Shown in pieces: positions 25,601-34,063 of a stretch of 51,508 nt of DNA. Positions within the stretch are counted from its first letter, which is position 1; every line of letters begins with the position of its first letter. This DNA comes from Deltaproteobacteria bacterium (lineage in GTDB: Bacteria; Myxococcota_A; Polyangia; HGW-17; JAJRWW01): the NCBI GenBank assembly GCA_029938605.1, contig JAOZUO010000002.1, positions 11,365-62,872 on the forward strand. Reading direction: 5' to 3'. The notes under the pieces are model-generated. The model was not told the origin of the DNA. It worked only from the letters and a program-made list of their open reading frames with translations, and ran no database searches. Position numbers and translations under genes: made by a program.

Positions 25601-28600
25601 GCGCTACGTCAAGCGCAAGTGGCGGCCCGTGGAGCGGGACGCGCAGAACTGCCGGCTGGTGTCGGGCAAGGATCCGGGCAAGTGCGTGTTCAAGACGAGC
25701 AAGGGCGGGAGGTACATCATCCGCGCGCGGGTGACCGACGCTGACGGCAAGCCCAACCGCACGACCATGACGCGGTGGGTGACCGGGGGCAAGCTGCCGC
25801 CCAAGCACAAGGTGGAGAAGGAGAAAGTGCGGCTCATCGCGGGGCAGAAGCGGTACCAGCCCGGAGAGACCGCCGAGATTCTGGTGCAGGCGCCCTTCTA
25901 TCCGGCCGAGGGGTTGATGACCGTGCGGCGGGCGGGGATCGCGTCGGTGAAGCGGTTCACCATGTCATCGTCCACCACCACACTCCAGGTGGCCATTACC
26001 GAGAGCCACTATCCGAGCCTGCGGGTGCGGGTGGATCTGGTGGGCGCCGCCGCGCGCCTCGACGCCAGCGGTGAGCCCGTCAAGAAGCTGCCCAAGCGGC
26101 CGGCCTACGCCAGCGGGAGCATCTCCCTGCCGGTGCCGCCGCTCAAGCGCAGCCTCAAGGTCGTGGTGACGCCGGGGAAAAAGTCCATCGCCCCGGGCCA
26201 AAAGACCGCGCTGAATGTCACCCTCACCGACGCCGACGGAAAGCCCGTGGCAGGGGCCGAGGTGGCCTTGGTTGCGGTGGACGAGGCCGTGCTTTCGCTC
26301 ACGGGCTACAAGCTGTCCAGCCCGCTGTCGACGTTCCATCCCTATCGCTCGGGCGGGGTTCGGGATACGTACCTGCGGGCCATGGTGCAGCTCATGGACC
26401 CCACCGAGATGCTCAAGAGGCTGGGCAACTCGGCTCCGAGTGGGGTGATGATGCAAAAGAAGGAGGGCAAGATGGCTGCGGCGAGCACCATGGACTCGGC
26501 GGCCAGGCCTGCGCCCTCCAGGGCGCGGAGCTCGGGTGGTCGCGGATTCGGGGCGTCGAGGCGCAGGTCCGCCAAGGGCAAGCGTTCGCAGCCGAAAAAG
26601 CCCGCCACCGCCCAGCCCATCGCCGTACGCAAGAACTTCGAGCCCCTGGCGCTCTTCGCGCCCACGGTCCGGACCGACGCAGCCGGCAAGGCGCGGGTGG
26701 AGCTAAAGGTGCCTGACAACCTTACGCGGTATCGGGTCATGGCCGTGGCCGTGGCCAAGGCCACGCACTACGGCTATGGCGAGGCGTCGGTGACGGCGCG
26801 CAATCCGCTGATGCTGCGGCCGGCGGCGCCGCGCTTTTTGAACTTCGGCGACCGCTTCTCGCTGCCCATCGTAGTGCAGAACCAGACCGACCAGGCCATG
26901 GAGGTGCAGGTGGCCGTGCGGGGCACCAACGTGAAGTGGACCGGGGGGCAGGGCAAGGTCATCTCCGTGCCGGCCAACGACCGGCGGGAGGTGCGCTTCG
27001 GGGCTGAGACCGTCATGGCGGGCATCGCCCGGTTCCAGGTAGCGGCGGCCACGGGGAGCTATGCCGACGCGGCGCAGATCAAGCTGCCCGTGTGGACACC
27101 GGCCACCACCGAGGCCTTCGCCACCTACGGCACCATCGACAAGGGGGCCACCATCCAGCCCGTGTCCATGCCCAAGAACGTCTTCAAGGCTTTCGGTGGG
27201 CTGGAGATCTCAACGTCCTCCACGGCGCTGCACGCACTGACCGACGCGGTGCTGTATATCTACTCGTACCCCTACGACTGCTCGGAGCAGATCGCTTCGC
27301 GGGTGCTGGCTGTGGCGGCGCTCCGTGACGTGCTCTCGTCCTTCAAGGCCAAGGGGCTGCCCAAGGGGCCGGCCATCACGGCCGCCGTGGTCCGGGACAT
27401 GCGGCGGCTGCGCAATATGCAAAACGATGACGGGGGCTGGGGTTTCTGGCGACGGTACCAGCGGTCCTGGCCTTTTTTGTCTGTCCATGTGACCCACGCC
27501 CTGGTGCGCGCCAAGGCCAAGGGTTTTGCGGTGCCCCCGACCATGATCTCCAACGCGCTGGGTCACATCAAGAACATCGAGCGCCACATTCCGAGCACCT
27601 ACGGCGAGCACATCCGCCGGGTCATCGTGGCCTACAGCGTCTATGTGCGATACCTGGCCAAGGACGTGGACGTAGGCAAGGCGCTGCGCACCTATCGGTG
27701 GTTCAAGTCGCACAAGCACGAGGCCCTCGAGGCCATCGGCTGGCTGTATCCCGTCCTCTCGGGGGCGCCGGCGGCCGGCAAGGAGATCGCCGAAATCCGC
27801 AAGGACTTGAACAACCGGATCACCGAGACCGCCGGGGCGGCGCACTTCCGCACCTCCTACTCCGACGGCGCGCATCTGATCCTGTACTCGAACCGACGGG
27901 TGGATGGGATCCTGCTGGAGGGGCTCATCAAGGACCAGCCCAAGAGCGACTTGATCCCCAAGATCGTGCGCGGTCTGCTCGCCCACAGAAAGCGTGGGCG
28001 GTGGTCCAACACGCAGGAGAACGTGTGGGTGCTGCTGGCCCTGGACAAGTACTTCAACACCTACGAGAAGGTCACGCCCAACTTCGTGGCGCGGGTTTGG
28101 CTGGGAGAGCAGTTTGCCGGCCAGCACCGGTTCGCCGGACGCACCACGGAGCGTCACCGCATCGATATCCCCATGAAGCTGTTGGGTGAGCCCGGCAAGC
28201 AGATGGGGCTGGTGGTGGACAAAAAGGGCGCGGGCCGCCTGTACTACCGCATTGGCATGCGGTACGCGCCTGCGGACCTGCGGCCGCCCCCCGCCAGTCA
28301 CGGGTTCACCGTGCAGCGGCGGTACGAGGCGGTGGACAAGCCGTCGGATGTGGCGCGGCTGCCCGACGGTACCTGGAAGGTGAAGGCGGGCGCCCGCGTG
28401 CGGGTGGTGGTCACCATGGTGGCCCACGCCCGGCGGTACCACGTGGCCCTGGTGGACCCGCTCCCCGCGGGTCTCGAGGCCATCAACACCACCCTCAAGG
28501 GGGCTGAGCCCGTGCCGAAGGCCAAGGCCGCCGGTAACTCCGCTCTGCGTAGACGCGGGCGCAGGCGTGGACGTGGGCGTCACATGGGACGTAGTCGCGG

Positions 28601-28838
28601 GTTCCGGGGGCGCTACTACTGGGGTTGGTGGCGACGGGCCTGGTACGAGCACCAGAACCTGCGTGACGAGCGCGCCGAGGCCTTCACCTCCTACCTACGG
28701 GCGGGCGTGCACACCTATAAGTACATCACCCGCGCCCTCACCCCGGGGACCTTCGTGGTGCCCCCGGCCAAGGCCGAGGAGATGTATCACCCCGAGACCT
28801 TTGGCCGCTCCGCAGGCGATAAGCTCATCGTGGAGTAA
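22623..28838 (+). CDS. Bacterial alpha-2-macroglobulin family lipoprotein
   Basis: Lipobox-like ASGG-C; Ig-like repeats (FNQPMV, FDQRID, FNNPLD); DRKLYKPKE, EFKRPEF, AVDEAVL, VRKNF...PDNLTRYR, PRFLNFGD; thioester motif YPYDCSEQ; C-terminal PAKAEEMYHPE; start uncertain within 22623-22700. Confidence 0.93.
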   Translation: MMRKFQLVGSGGSTMSAATAAATMTVMAMALALALASGGCPTKKKPRLGVLVEDALLVGDGAPAGVAVTSGGLTFRLAEGQSPHGPAANNPLDPGKPLSAAQTKALLARVGAVVMKAGDQSAFAFRARSLPPPRTGKTVKGVFPPPIKPQVVDVKKGGPLKVLRGSPVGDVLMAPKLSVTFNQPMVAVTSHADTIAKGVPVTLTPSIKGQWRWIGTRTLLFETKLRFPMATAFTATVGAGTKSANGGVLAEAKTWSFSTPPPRLLGRYPSHGPQRLDPVFFLGFDQRIDPDRVLAKVVLSGGGKQVALLRAPKGRIVGDKILAALVKGSERAKHKSRWVAFVATERLTPGTSYTVTVGEGTPSAEGPLTTKKDQTFTFKTYDPLKVRWRNCEEKVPCRPPTGLMMRFNNPLDEKVFDAKSLTVTPKIPDMRIVARGSSLYVYGQVKGRTTYKVTLPATLKDTFGQTLGADQTLSFFLKDARPRLMSNYKGMVVLDPKGDKVFRLHSINYKQLRVTIRRVQASDWSAYLDYQRKYRRIKDVPPMPGKLVVAKTLTVKGSPDQMVETVIPLKKGLNKQGHGQLLVQVSNWPLPEKRYLRKYLLAWVQATDLAVDAFVDHTHLLGWVTRLSDGKPVSGAELSIRPTGVKGTSGGDGLAKLALAGYDKDIKRRVLVAKTATDVVLLPESRYYWGSGYWYKRTKPGESLRWFVYDDRKLYKPKEEVRLKGWVRLVDMGASGRIRLLPQPAQKVTWTVLGPRNNKVANGTAEINALGGFNLKFKLPDNVNLGRARVSLRVPVAASGSNHTHRFLIAEFKRPEFEVSAQASTGPHMIGKHVDVQVKASYFAGGGLPGAKVNWRVTASKGSYTPPNRSGWTFVGWAPTWGRKTKVRSKSEVFSGITDSRGAHRVRIHFDAVDPPRPMSVTASATITDVNRRTWTASKALVVHPSKLYVGMRTKKYFVRRGTPMQVEVIVTDLQGKAVSGRVVGVQAVRKEWRYVKRKWRPVERDAQNCRLVSGKDPGKCVFKTSKGGRYIIRARVTDADGKPNRTTMTRWVTGGKLPPKHKVEKEKVRLIAGQKRYQPGETAEILVQAPFYPAEGLMTVRRAGIASVKRFTMSSSTTTLQVAITESHYPSLRVRVDLVGAAARLDASGEPVKKLPKRPAYASGSISLPVPPLKRSLKVVVTPGKKSIAPGQKTALNVTLTDADGKPVAGAEVALVAVDEAVLSLTGYKLSSPLSTFHPYRSGGVRDTYLRAMVQLMDPTEMLKRLGNSAPSGVMMQKKEGKMAAASTMDSAARPAPSRARSSGGRGFGASRRRSAKGKRSQPKKPATAQPIAVRKNFEPLALFAPTVRTDAAGKARVELKVPDNLTRYRVMAVAVAKATHYGYGEASVTARNPLMLRPAAPRFLNFGDRFSLPIVVQNQTDQAMEVQVAVRGTNVKWTGGQGKVISVPANDRREVRFGAETVMAGIARFQVAAATGSYADAAQIKLPVWTPATTEAFATYGTIDKGATIQPVSMPKNVFKAFGGLEISTSSTALHALTDAVLYIYSYPYDCSEQIASRVLAVAALRDVLSSFKAKGLPKGPAITAAVVRDMRRLRNMQNDDGGWGFWRRYQRSWPFLSVHVTHALVRAKAKGFAVPPTMISNALGHIKNIERHIPSTYGEHIRRVIVAYSVYVRYLAKDVDVGKALRTYRWFKSHKHEALEAIGWLYPVLSGAPAAGKEIAEIRKDLNNRITETAGAAHFRTSYSDGAHLILYSNRRVDGILLEGLIKDQPKSDLIPKIVRGLLAHRKRGRWSNTQENVWVLLALDKYFNTYEKVTPNFVARVWLGEQFAGQHRFAGRTTERHRIDIPMKLLGEPGKQMGLVVDKKGAGRLYYRIGMRYAPADLRPPPASHGFTVQRRYEAVDKPSDVARLPDGTWKVKAGARVRVVVTMVAHARRYHVALVDPLPAGLEAINTTLKGAEPVPKAKAAGNSALRRRGRRRGRGRHMGRSRGFRGRYYWGWWRRAWYEHQNLRDERAEAFTSYLRAGVHTYKYITRALTPGTFVVPPAKAEEMYHPETFGRSAGDKLIVE

Positions 28839-28846
28839 ACGCCCTG

Positions 28847-28900
28847 TCTGGGAAACAAGGTAACAAGTACACTACGTCCCCTCTCCTTTCTCTCCTTTCC
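28847..28900 (+). repeat. Short motif (copy B), same family as 11-60
   Basis: TCTGGGAAACAAGGTAACAAGTACACTACGTCCC followed by tandem CTCTCCTTT x2. Confidence 0.6.
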
Positions 28901-28912
28901 ATCAGGGATTGG

Positions 28913-29842
28913 TTGGTGGAGCGGCTGCGGGGTGGGGGGGCGGTGGAGTTTGATGTGGTGGATCCGGCGCTGGGGGCTGGGCTGTATAGTGGGGAGGAGG
29001 TGCGGGTGGGGGGGCAGGTCGTGCGGGTGCGGGGGTACCGGTGCTGGGTGGATCTGGCGGAGCTGCTGGGGTGCCGGATGGTGGTTGTTTCGGTCTCGGA
29101 CCGGAGCGGTGAGACTCCTCAGGGGTTTGTGCGGCTCCGTTTCGAGGCGCTGGATCCGGACGGATCCTTCCATGACGAGGCGTCCGAAGATCCCACGGAG
29201 AAGTACGGCACCGCCTCTCGGTATGCGCGCATTAACAAGCTCGAGGAGCCGTCCTTCGTGCTGGGACTGGAGGCGGCCTTGCGGCGGGTGGACCTGGCGC
29301 CCCGAGCGCGGGTGCTGGACCTGGGCGTGAACACCGGCGACGAGCTGGAGCTGCTGCGACGGGTCACCGGAGACGAGCGGTTCGGCGGGCTGGAGCTGGT
29401 GGGTGTGGATCACAGCGCTTCGGCCGTGGCCCGGGCCGCCGAGCGGTTCGGTGGGGACCGCTGTCACCTGGTGGTCCACGACATCAACGCGCTGTCGGAG
29501 CTGGACCTGGGGCGGTTCGACCTGCTGCTGAGCGTCGCCACCTTGCACAGCCCATCCATTCACAACCCCAAGCAACTGTTCATGCAGCTCATGCAGGCTC
29601 ATCTCACGCCCACCGGCGCCGTGATCCTGGGATTTCCCAACTGCCGCTGGCAAGGGGGCGAGGTGCTGTATGGAGCCCAGCCCCCGAACTACAACCACCC
29701 GGAGCTGTCGGTTGTGCTCAAGGATGTGGACTGGTGCAAGCGCTACCTACAGCAGCACTCCTTCCGGGTCACCATCACCGGCCGCCACTATCTGTTTCTC
29801 ACGGCGACCCGAATTGGTGTGACGTCGGAAAGCGACGACTAG
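28913..29842 (+). CDS. Class I SAM-dependent methyltransferase; native start possibly lost
   Basis: VLDLGVNTGDE, VGVDHS, HDIN, RFDLLL; TTG start with only a weak RBS, abutting motif copy B. Confidence 0.8.
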   Translation: MVERLRGGGAVEFDVVDPALGAGLYSGEEVRVGGQVVRVRGYRCWVDLAELLGCRMVVVSVSDRSGETPQGFVRLRFEALDPDGSFHDEASEDPTEKYGTASRYARINKLEEPSFVLGLEAALRRVDLAPRARVLDLGVNTGDELELLRRVTGDERFGGLELVGVDHSASAVARAAERFGGDRCHLVVHDINALSELDLGRFDLLLSVATLHSPSIHNPKQLFMQLMQAHLTPTGAVILGFPNCRWQGGEVLYGAQPPNYNHPELSVVLKDVDWCKRYLQQHSFRVTITGRHYLFLTATRIGVTSESDD

Positions 29843-29955
29843 CGGACGCTACAGCGACGCTGTCTGGGGCTGGCCGGGGTGGGGATCCTCTGCTCTTTTT
29901 CACTAAGCTCGCCCGCACCGTACAACAGCACGACCGACAATGCCGGCAAGCACCA

Positions 29956-30813
29956 TCATCCGGAGGATCGATGGCTGGGCGAGGGGTACAGCTTCTCCCG
30001 ACAATCAGGGCAGATGGAGTGGGTGAACTCCATGGACTCCTCATCATGCAGGTACTGCTCTATGGAGACCCACGCCAAGGTCGACTCGTCGCCGCCGGGG
30101 CTCGCCTCGTCCTCTTTGCGGATATTCTTGCAGCTGGCACAGATAGGGAGCAGGGTCTCCAGCTTTTGGATATGGGCCGAGGCCATGCGGAGCTCGGATA
30201 CTTTACGCAGGAGAAGAACGCCTAGCAATATCAACGCGGCAACTATGGTCCCCAGCAGTATTCCCGAGACCCAGGTGGTGTTCTTTTCCGAGCGCTTCTG
30301 CATCATCGAAACGGAGCGGTCCATCTCGCCCAGGAGGGTCGCGTTCGTCCGAATTACGTACTCGAGGGCGGCCTCGTTTCGCTTGGCGAGGTAGTCCTCG
30401 AGCCGACGAGAGAATTGGCTCCACAGGGAAATGACCCTCTGCAGCTGCGCGCGAATGGAGGCGTCCTGCATGGGGGGGAGCTTGCGGTGGGCGCCCGAAC
30501 GTAGGTCCAAGGGAGCTTGTCCGCCGTTGAGGAGGGCGAAAAGTGTCGTCTGGAAGGCTCGCATGGTTCGCCGCACAACCTTCGCCGAGGTTCGCCCCTG
30601 GGCATAGAGCAGGATGTCTTTGCACAGCTTCTGCGTGAGCATGCGTTGCCGTCCGGCGAGATTGATACGCACGCCGTCGTATCGCTGCTTCTCTACGGTC
30701 CGCGCAGTTAGCACCGCCGGTATGAGCAGCAACCCCACCAGAGTCACAGCAATCCACACCAACCGCCTACCAGACCCCCGACCACCAAAGTATCTCTCTA
30801 TCGCCACGGCCAT
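29956..30813 (-). CDS. Membrane sensor: PilJ/NarX-type four-helix domain plus C-terminal Cys4 ribbon
   Basis: TM, then INLAGRQRMLTQK (P-box-like), TM, then LLPICASCKNIR...W..IEQYL...FTHSICPDC; GGAGG RBS. Confidence 0.8.
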   Translation of the reverse strand: MAVAIERYFGGRGSGRRLVWIAVTLVGLLLIPAVLTARTVEKQRYDGVRINLAGRQRMLTQKLCKDILLYAQGRTSAKVVRRTMRAFQTTLFALLNGGQAPLDLRSGAHRKLPPMQDASIRAQLQRVISLWSQFSRRLEDYLAKRNEAALEYVIRTNATLLGEMDRSVSMMQKRSEKNTTWVSGILLGTIVAALILLGVLLLRKVSELRMASAHIQKLETLLPICASCKNIRKEDEASPGGDESTLAWVSIEQYLHDEESMEFTHSICPDCREKLYPSPSHRSSG

Positions 30814-31003
30814 AACCTCCTATGCCTATAGTATTTGTAAGCGAGAGGGCCGCTTTGACAAGTGGAAAGCGCAAGGACGGCGTAATTACAGTGGATCTTG
30901 CTTTACGACTTGACCCGTTAGCCCGCAATTACCATCGTCAGTAGAAGCAGTGACCCATTCCCGCTGCTTGACCCATGCGCGGTCGTCCCCGATACTCGAT
31001 CAA

Positions 31004-32968
31004 ATGCTACATAGTCAGACTGCACGGCCTGAAGACGACATGGTTCGTCAAGCCGTTCGCGTACGTGTGCTGGAGCGCTTGCTGCTCGAGCTTTTTAACG
31101 AAGGTAGCCTTTTTGGCACCGTTCACACTTGTCTCGGTCAGGAATTCTGCGCGGCAGCGCTCCATCCACATTTGAAACCCGGGCAGGATGCCTTTTTCGC
31201 CACCCACCGGGGTCATGGGCATTACCTCTGCCATGGAGGCCCGCCCGAGGACTTCCTGGCCGAGCTCATGGGCCGGGAGGGCGCCTTGTGTAACGGCTGT
31301 GGCGGAACGCAGAACCTGGCATACAAGCGGTTTTTCTCGGCGGGGATCCAGGGAGGTAGCGCGCCGATAGGTGTCGGCTACGCCTGGGCAATGGCCAGAA
31401 GGGGCGAGGAGAACATCGCGGTCGTGCAAATCGGCGATGGCACACTCGGAGAGGGTACACTCTACGAAGCGTTTACATTCGCGGCGCTACTGAAAGCACC
31501 GGTTCTGTTCCTGCTGGAGATCAACGGTTGGGCCCAATCCACCGACACCAGCCAGACGACGCCGGGGGACCTGGTCCAGCGTGCCGCGGGGTTTGGCCTG
31601 CGAGTACACCGGTCGTCTGACAGTGACCCCGATCTGCTGTGGAGCCAGCTCAAGGATGTGGTTGCTCAGGTCCGGCAGGGCGTGCCGACCCTGCAGATCC
31701 TCGATACCCGTCGACTGGCGGCCCACAGCAAAGGCGACGACGACAGATCCCCGGCGTATATGGCGAAGATGGAAGCCCAAGACCCTCTCACCCGATTGAT
31801 TGCCGAGAGCCCCCAGGTCCGGGACATGGTTGAGGAGTCCGAACGTGAATTTCGGGAGATCGCGGAGATCGTCAAACGCCGACCGCTGTTGGAAGCAGAG
31901 GTTCTCCACCGGTCCACGGCTCGTTTGGTGGTACGATCCGAGGACCTCACACCGGGAGACGAGGCGTCGCTTCGGGGGACAGAATCGTTGAATCACGCTC
32001 TGGATGAGCTCCTGGGAGAATCAAATCAGAGGGTGCTGCTGGGGGAAGACGTACTCGATCCCTATGGTGGAACGTTCAAAGTGAGTCGTGGCCTATCGAC
32101 CAGATATCCGGACCAGGTGTTTTCGACGCCCATTGCTGAAGCGGGGATGGTCGGACTGGCAAACGGCTTGGCCCTGGCCGGGGCGGAGCCGATCGTAGAG
32201 ATGATGTTCGCCGATTTTGTCACCCTCGCCACGGACCAGCTCGTAAATTTCGCCGCGAAGTTCCGTCAGATGTACGCCCAGAAGGTCAGCTGTCCGTTGA
32301 CGCTTCGACTGCCATCGGGCGGTGGGCGTGGCTATGGGCCGACCCACAGCCAATGTCTGGAGTATCTGTTCTTTGGGATCCCCGGGATCCGGGTCGTTGC
32401 CATGTCGCACCGCCATGGTAGCGGTGCCCTTTTGAAGCACGTGGTGCGAAATCAGTCCACGCCCACCATCTTCGTCGAGCACAAGGGACTCTACTCGTCG
32501 CCCAGTCAGAAGGGACGGCTTTGGGACTTGGAGTTGGTGCCCACGGTGAGGGACAACGGGGGATATCCGCCGCTGTACTATCGAGCAAAAAATGGCGAAA
32601 GCGGGGACGTAACGCTGGTCACCTACGGGGGGACGGCCGGAATCGTGGAGCAGGTCATGCGCCACCTGGTGGAGGAGGAGGAGTTGCGTTTTGAGCTCAT
32701 TATTTTGACGCAGATCTGGCCCCTGGAGGCGGAGGAAGTCGTCACCTCAGTCCAGAGGACGAGGCGTCTGGTAGTCGTCGAAGAGGGAACCAGCGACTAC
32801 GGCGTTGGAGGGGCTCTGGCCGGGCTGGTCGCCGAATCCACCGGCGGCTCTTTTCAGATGAGGCGCGTTGGCTCAATGCCCGTTCCCCTGCCGTGCGCAC
32901 GCCAACTCGAAGATGCGGTTCTGCCCTCGGTGGAGCGGATTCGCGCCGCCATATTGGGAGTGCTGTGA
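31004..32968 (+). CDS. Fused alpha/beta E1 component of a 2-oxoacid dehydrogenase-like ThDP enzyme
   Basis: GTVHTCLGQE, THRGHGH, GDGTLGEG...EING, HSKGDD, LLGEDV, STPIAEAG, GPTHSQ, VVEEG; start uncertain. Confidence 0.9.
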   Translation: MLHSQTARPEDDMVRQAVRVRVLERLLLELFNEGSLFGTVHTCLGQEFCAAALHPHLKPGQDAFFATHRGHGHYLCHGGPPEDFLAELMGREGALCNGCGGTQNLAYKRFFSAGIQGGSAPIGVGYAWAMARRGEENIAVVQIGDGTLGEGTLYEAFTFAALLKAPVLFLLEINGWAQSTDTSQTTPGDLVQRAAGFGLRVHRSSDSDPDLLWSQLKDVVAQVRQGVPTLQILDTRRLAAHSKGDDDRSPAYMAKMEAQDPLTRLIAESPQVRDMVEESEREFREIAEIVKRRPLLEAEVLHRSTARLVVRSEDLTPGDEASLRGTESLNHALDELLGESNQRVLLGEDVLDPYGGTFKVSRGLSTRYPDQVFSTPIAEAGMVGLANGLALAGAEPIVEMMFADFVTLATDQLVNFAAKFRQMYAQKVSCPLTLRLPSGGGRGYGPTHSQCLEYLFFGIPGIRVVAMSHRHGSGALLKHVVRNQSTPTIFVEHKGLYSSPSQKGRLWDLELVPTVRDNGGYPPLYYRAKNGESGDVTLVTYGGTAGIVEQVMRHLVEEEELRFELIILTQIWPLEAEEVVTSVQRTRRLVVVEEGTSDYGVGGALAGLVAESTGGSFQMRRVGSMPVPLPCARQLEDAVLPSVERIRAAILGVL

Positions 32969-32969
32969 C

Positions 32970-34061
32970 ATGGGGAAGGACCTGGGAAAAATCGAAGCCG
33001 TATTGATTCCGCGCCAAGGCGTCAATGACGACGTAGCCACCCTCATCCACTGGGAAGTGGACGATCGACGACCCGTGAGGCGAGGAGATGTCCTGGTGGT
33101 AATGGAAACCACAAAGACGGCCTTTGAGCTCGAATGTCCAGAGGATGGATACGTCGTTCATAACGCGCAGGAAGGGGACCGTCTGGAGGTCGGCTCGGTG
33201 TTCGCCTTCATCGTCGGGTCACAAGATACAGTGGTGGAGTTGCTGTCTCATTCAACTCCTACGGAAGAGAAACCAGCCAGCGACTCACAGATCGTGACCC
33301 GTAAAGCCCGGGAGATCATCGAGCGCGAGAAGATGGACTTGGGTGCCTTTGCCGACCTCCCCGTTGTGCGTGAGGAAGATGTCAGTCGGACTTTGAATGC
33401 GTCCTCGCCGCCCCTGGAGCAGCAGCGCCAGTTTCGCGGTCAGCCATTGGATCTGAAGGGAGACTGGGACGACGTTCTGACAGATCCCCTGCTGGGACAG
33501 ACGAAGGAGCTGTTGACCAAGCTGCGCCGGCGAATGCGTGCCAAATTCAATCGCCATGTTTCCACAGGCGACCTCTTGTATGACCGGTGGGACCTGGCGC
33601 GGGACTATGGTTTTGGGGAGGGCACATCGGTCTATGACGACGCCCTGATTCTGGGTGACGTCCAGGTTGGCCAGAACTGCTGGATCGGTCCCCATGCCAT
33701 TATCGACGGTTCCGGCGGACTGACGATCGGTGATTTTGTGGACGTCGGAGCCGGTGCCCAAATTTACTCACACAACACAATTCAGCGCACGTTGACCCGC
33801 CATGCGGCGGAGACTTTCCGTAACCCAACCAGGATTGGGGATTGCTGTTTCATTGCGCCCAACGCCATTATCGCAGCCGGGACAGTGCTCGGGAGTCACT
33901 CCTTTGTTGCCGCTTTGAGCTACGTGGAGGGGCGATTTCCGCCCTGCAGTTTCGTGGAAGGAAACCCGGCGCGAAGAGTTGGGGAAATCGTAGTCAATGG
34001 CGACGTCGCGCGGGTGGTGCGGTTCGGGACCGCGAAGGACGATTCTCTGTCGGCGAAGTGA
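32970..34061 (+). CDS. Lipoyl-domain / hexapeptide-repeat (LbH) acyltransferase fusion
   Basis: N-terminal VRRGDVLVVMETTKTAFELECPEDG (lipoyl-lysine motif); C-terminal VQVGQNCWIGP, LTIGDFVDVG, TRIGDCCFIA, GNPAR; starts 1 nt after the E1 stop. Confidence 0.85.
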   Translation: MGKDLGKIEAVLIPRQGVNDDVATLIHWEVDDRRPVRRGDVLVVMETTKTAFELECPEDGYVVHNAQEGDRLEVGSVFAFIVGSQDTVVELLSHSTPTEEKPASDSQIVTRKAREIIEREKMDLGAFADLPVVREEDVSRTLNASSPPLEQQRQFRGQPLDLKGDWDDVLTDPLLGQTKELLTKLRRRMRAKFNRHVSTGDLLYDRWDLARDYGFGEGTSVYDDALILGDVQVGQNCWIGPHAIIDGSGGLTIGDFVDVGAGAQIYSHNTIQRTLTRHAAETFRNPTRIGDCCFIAPNAIIAAGTVLGSHSFVAALSYVEGRFPPCSFVEGNPARRVGEIVVNGDVARVVRFGTAKDDSLSAK

Positions 34062-34063
34062 AC

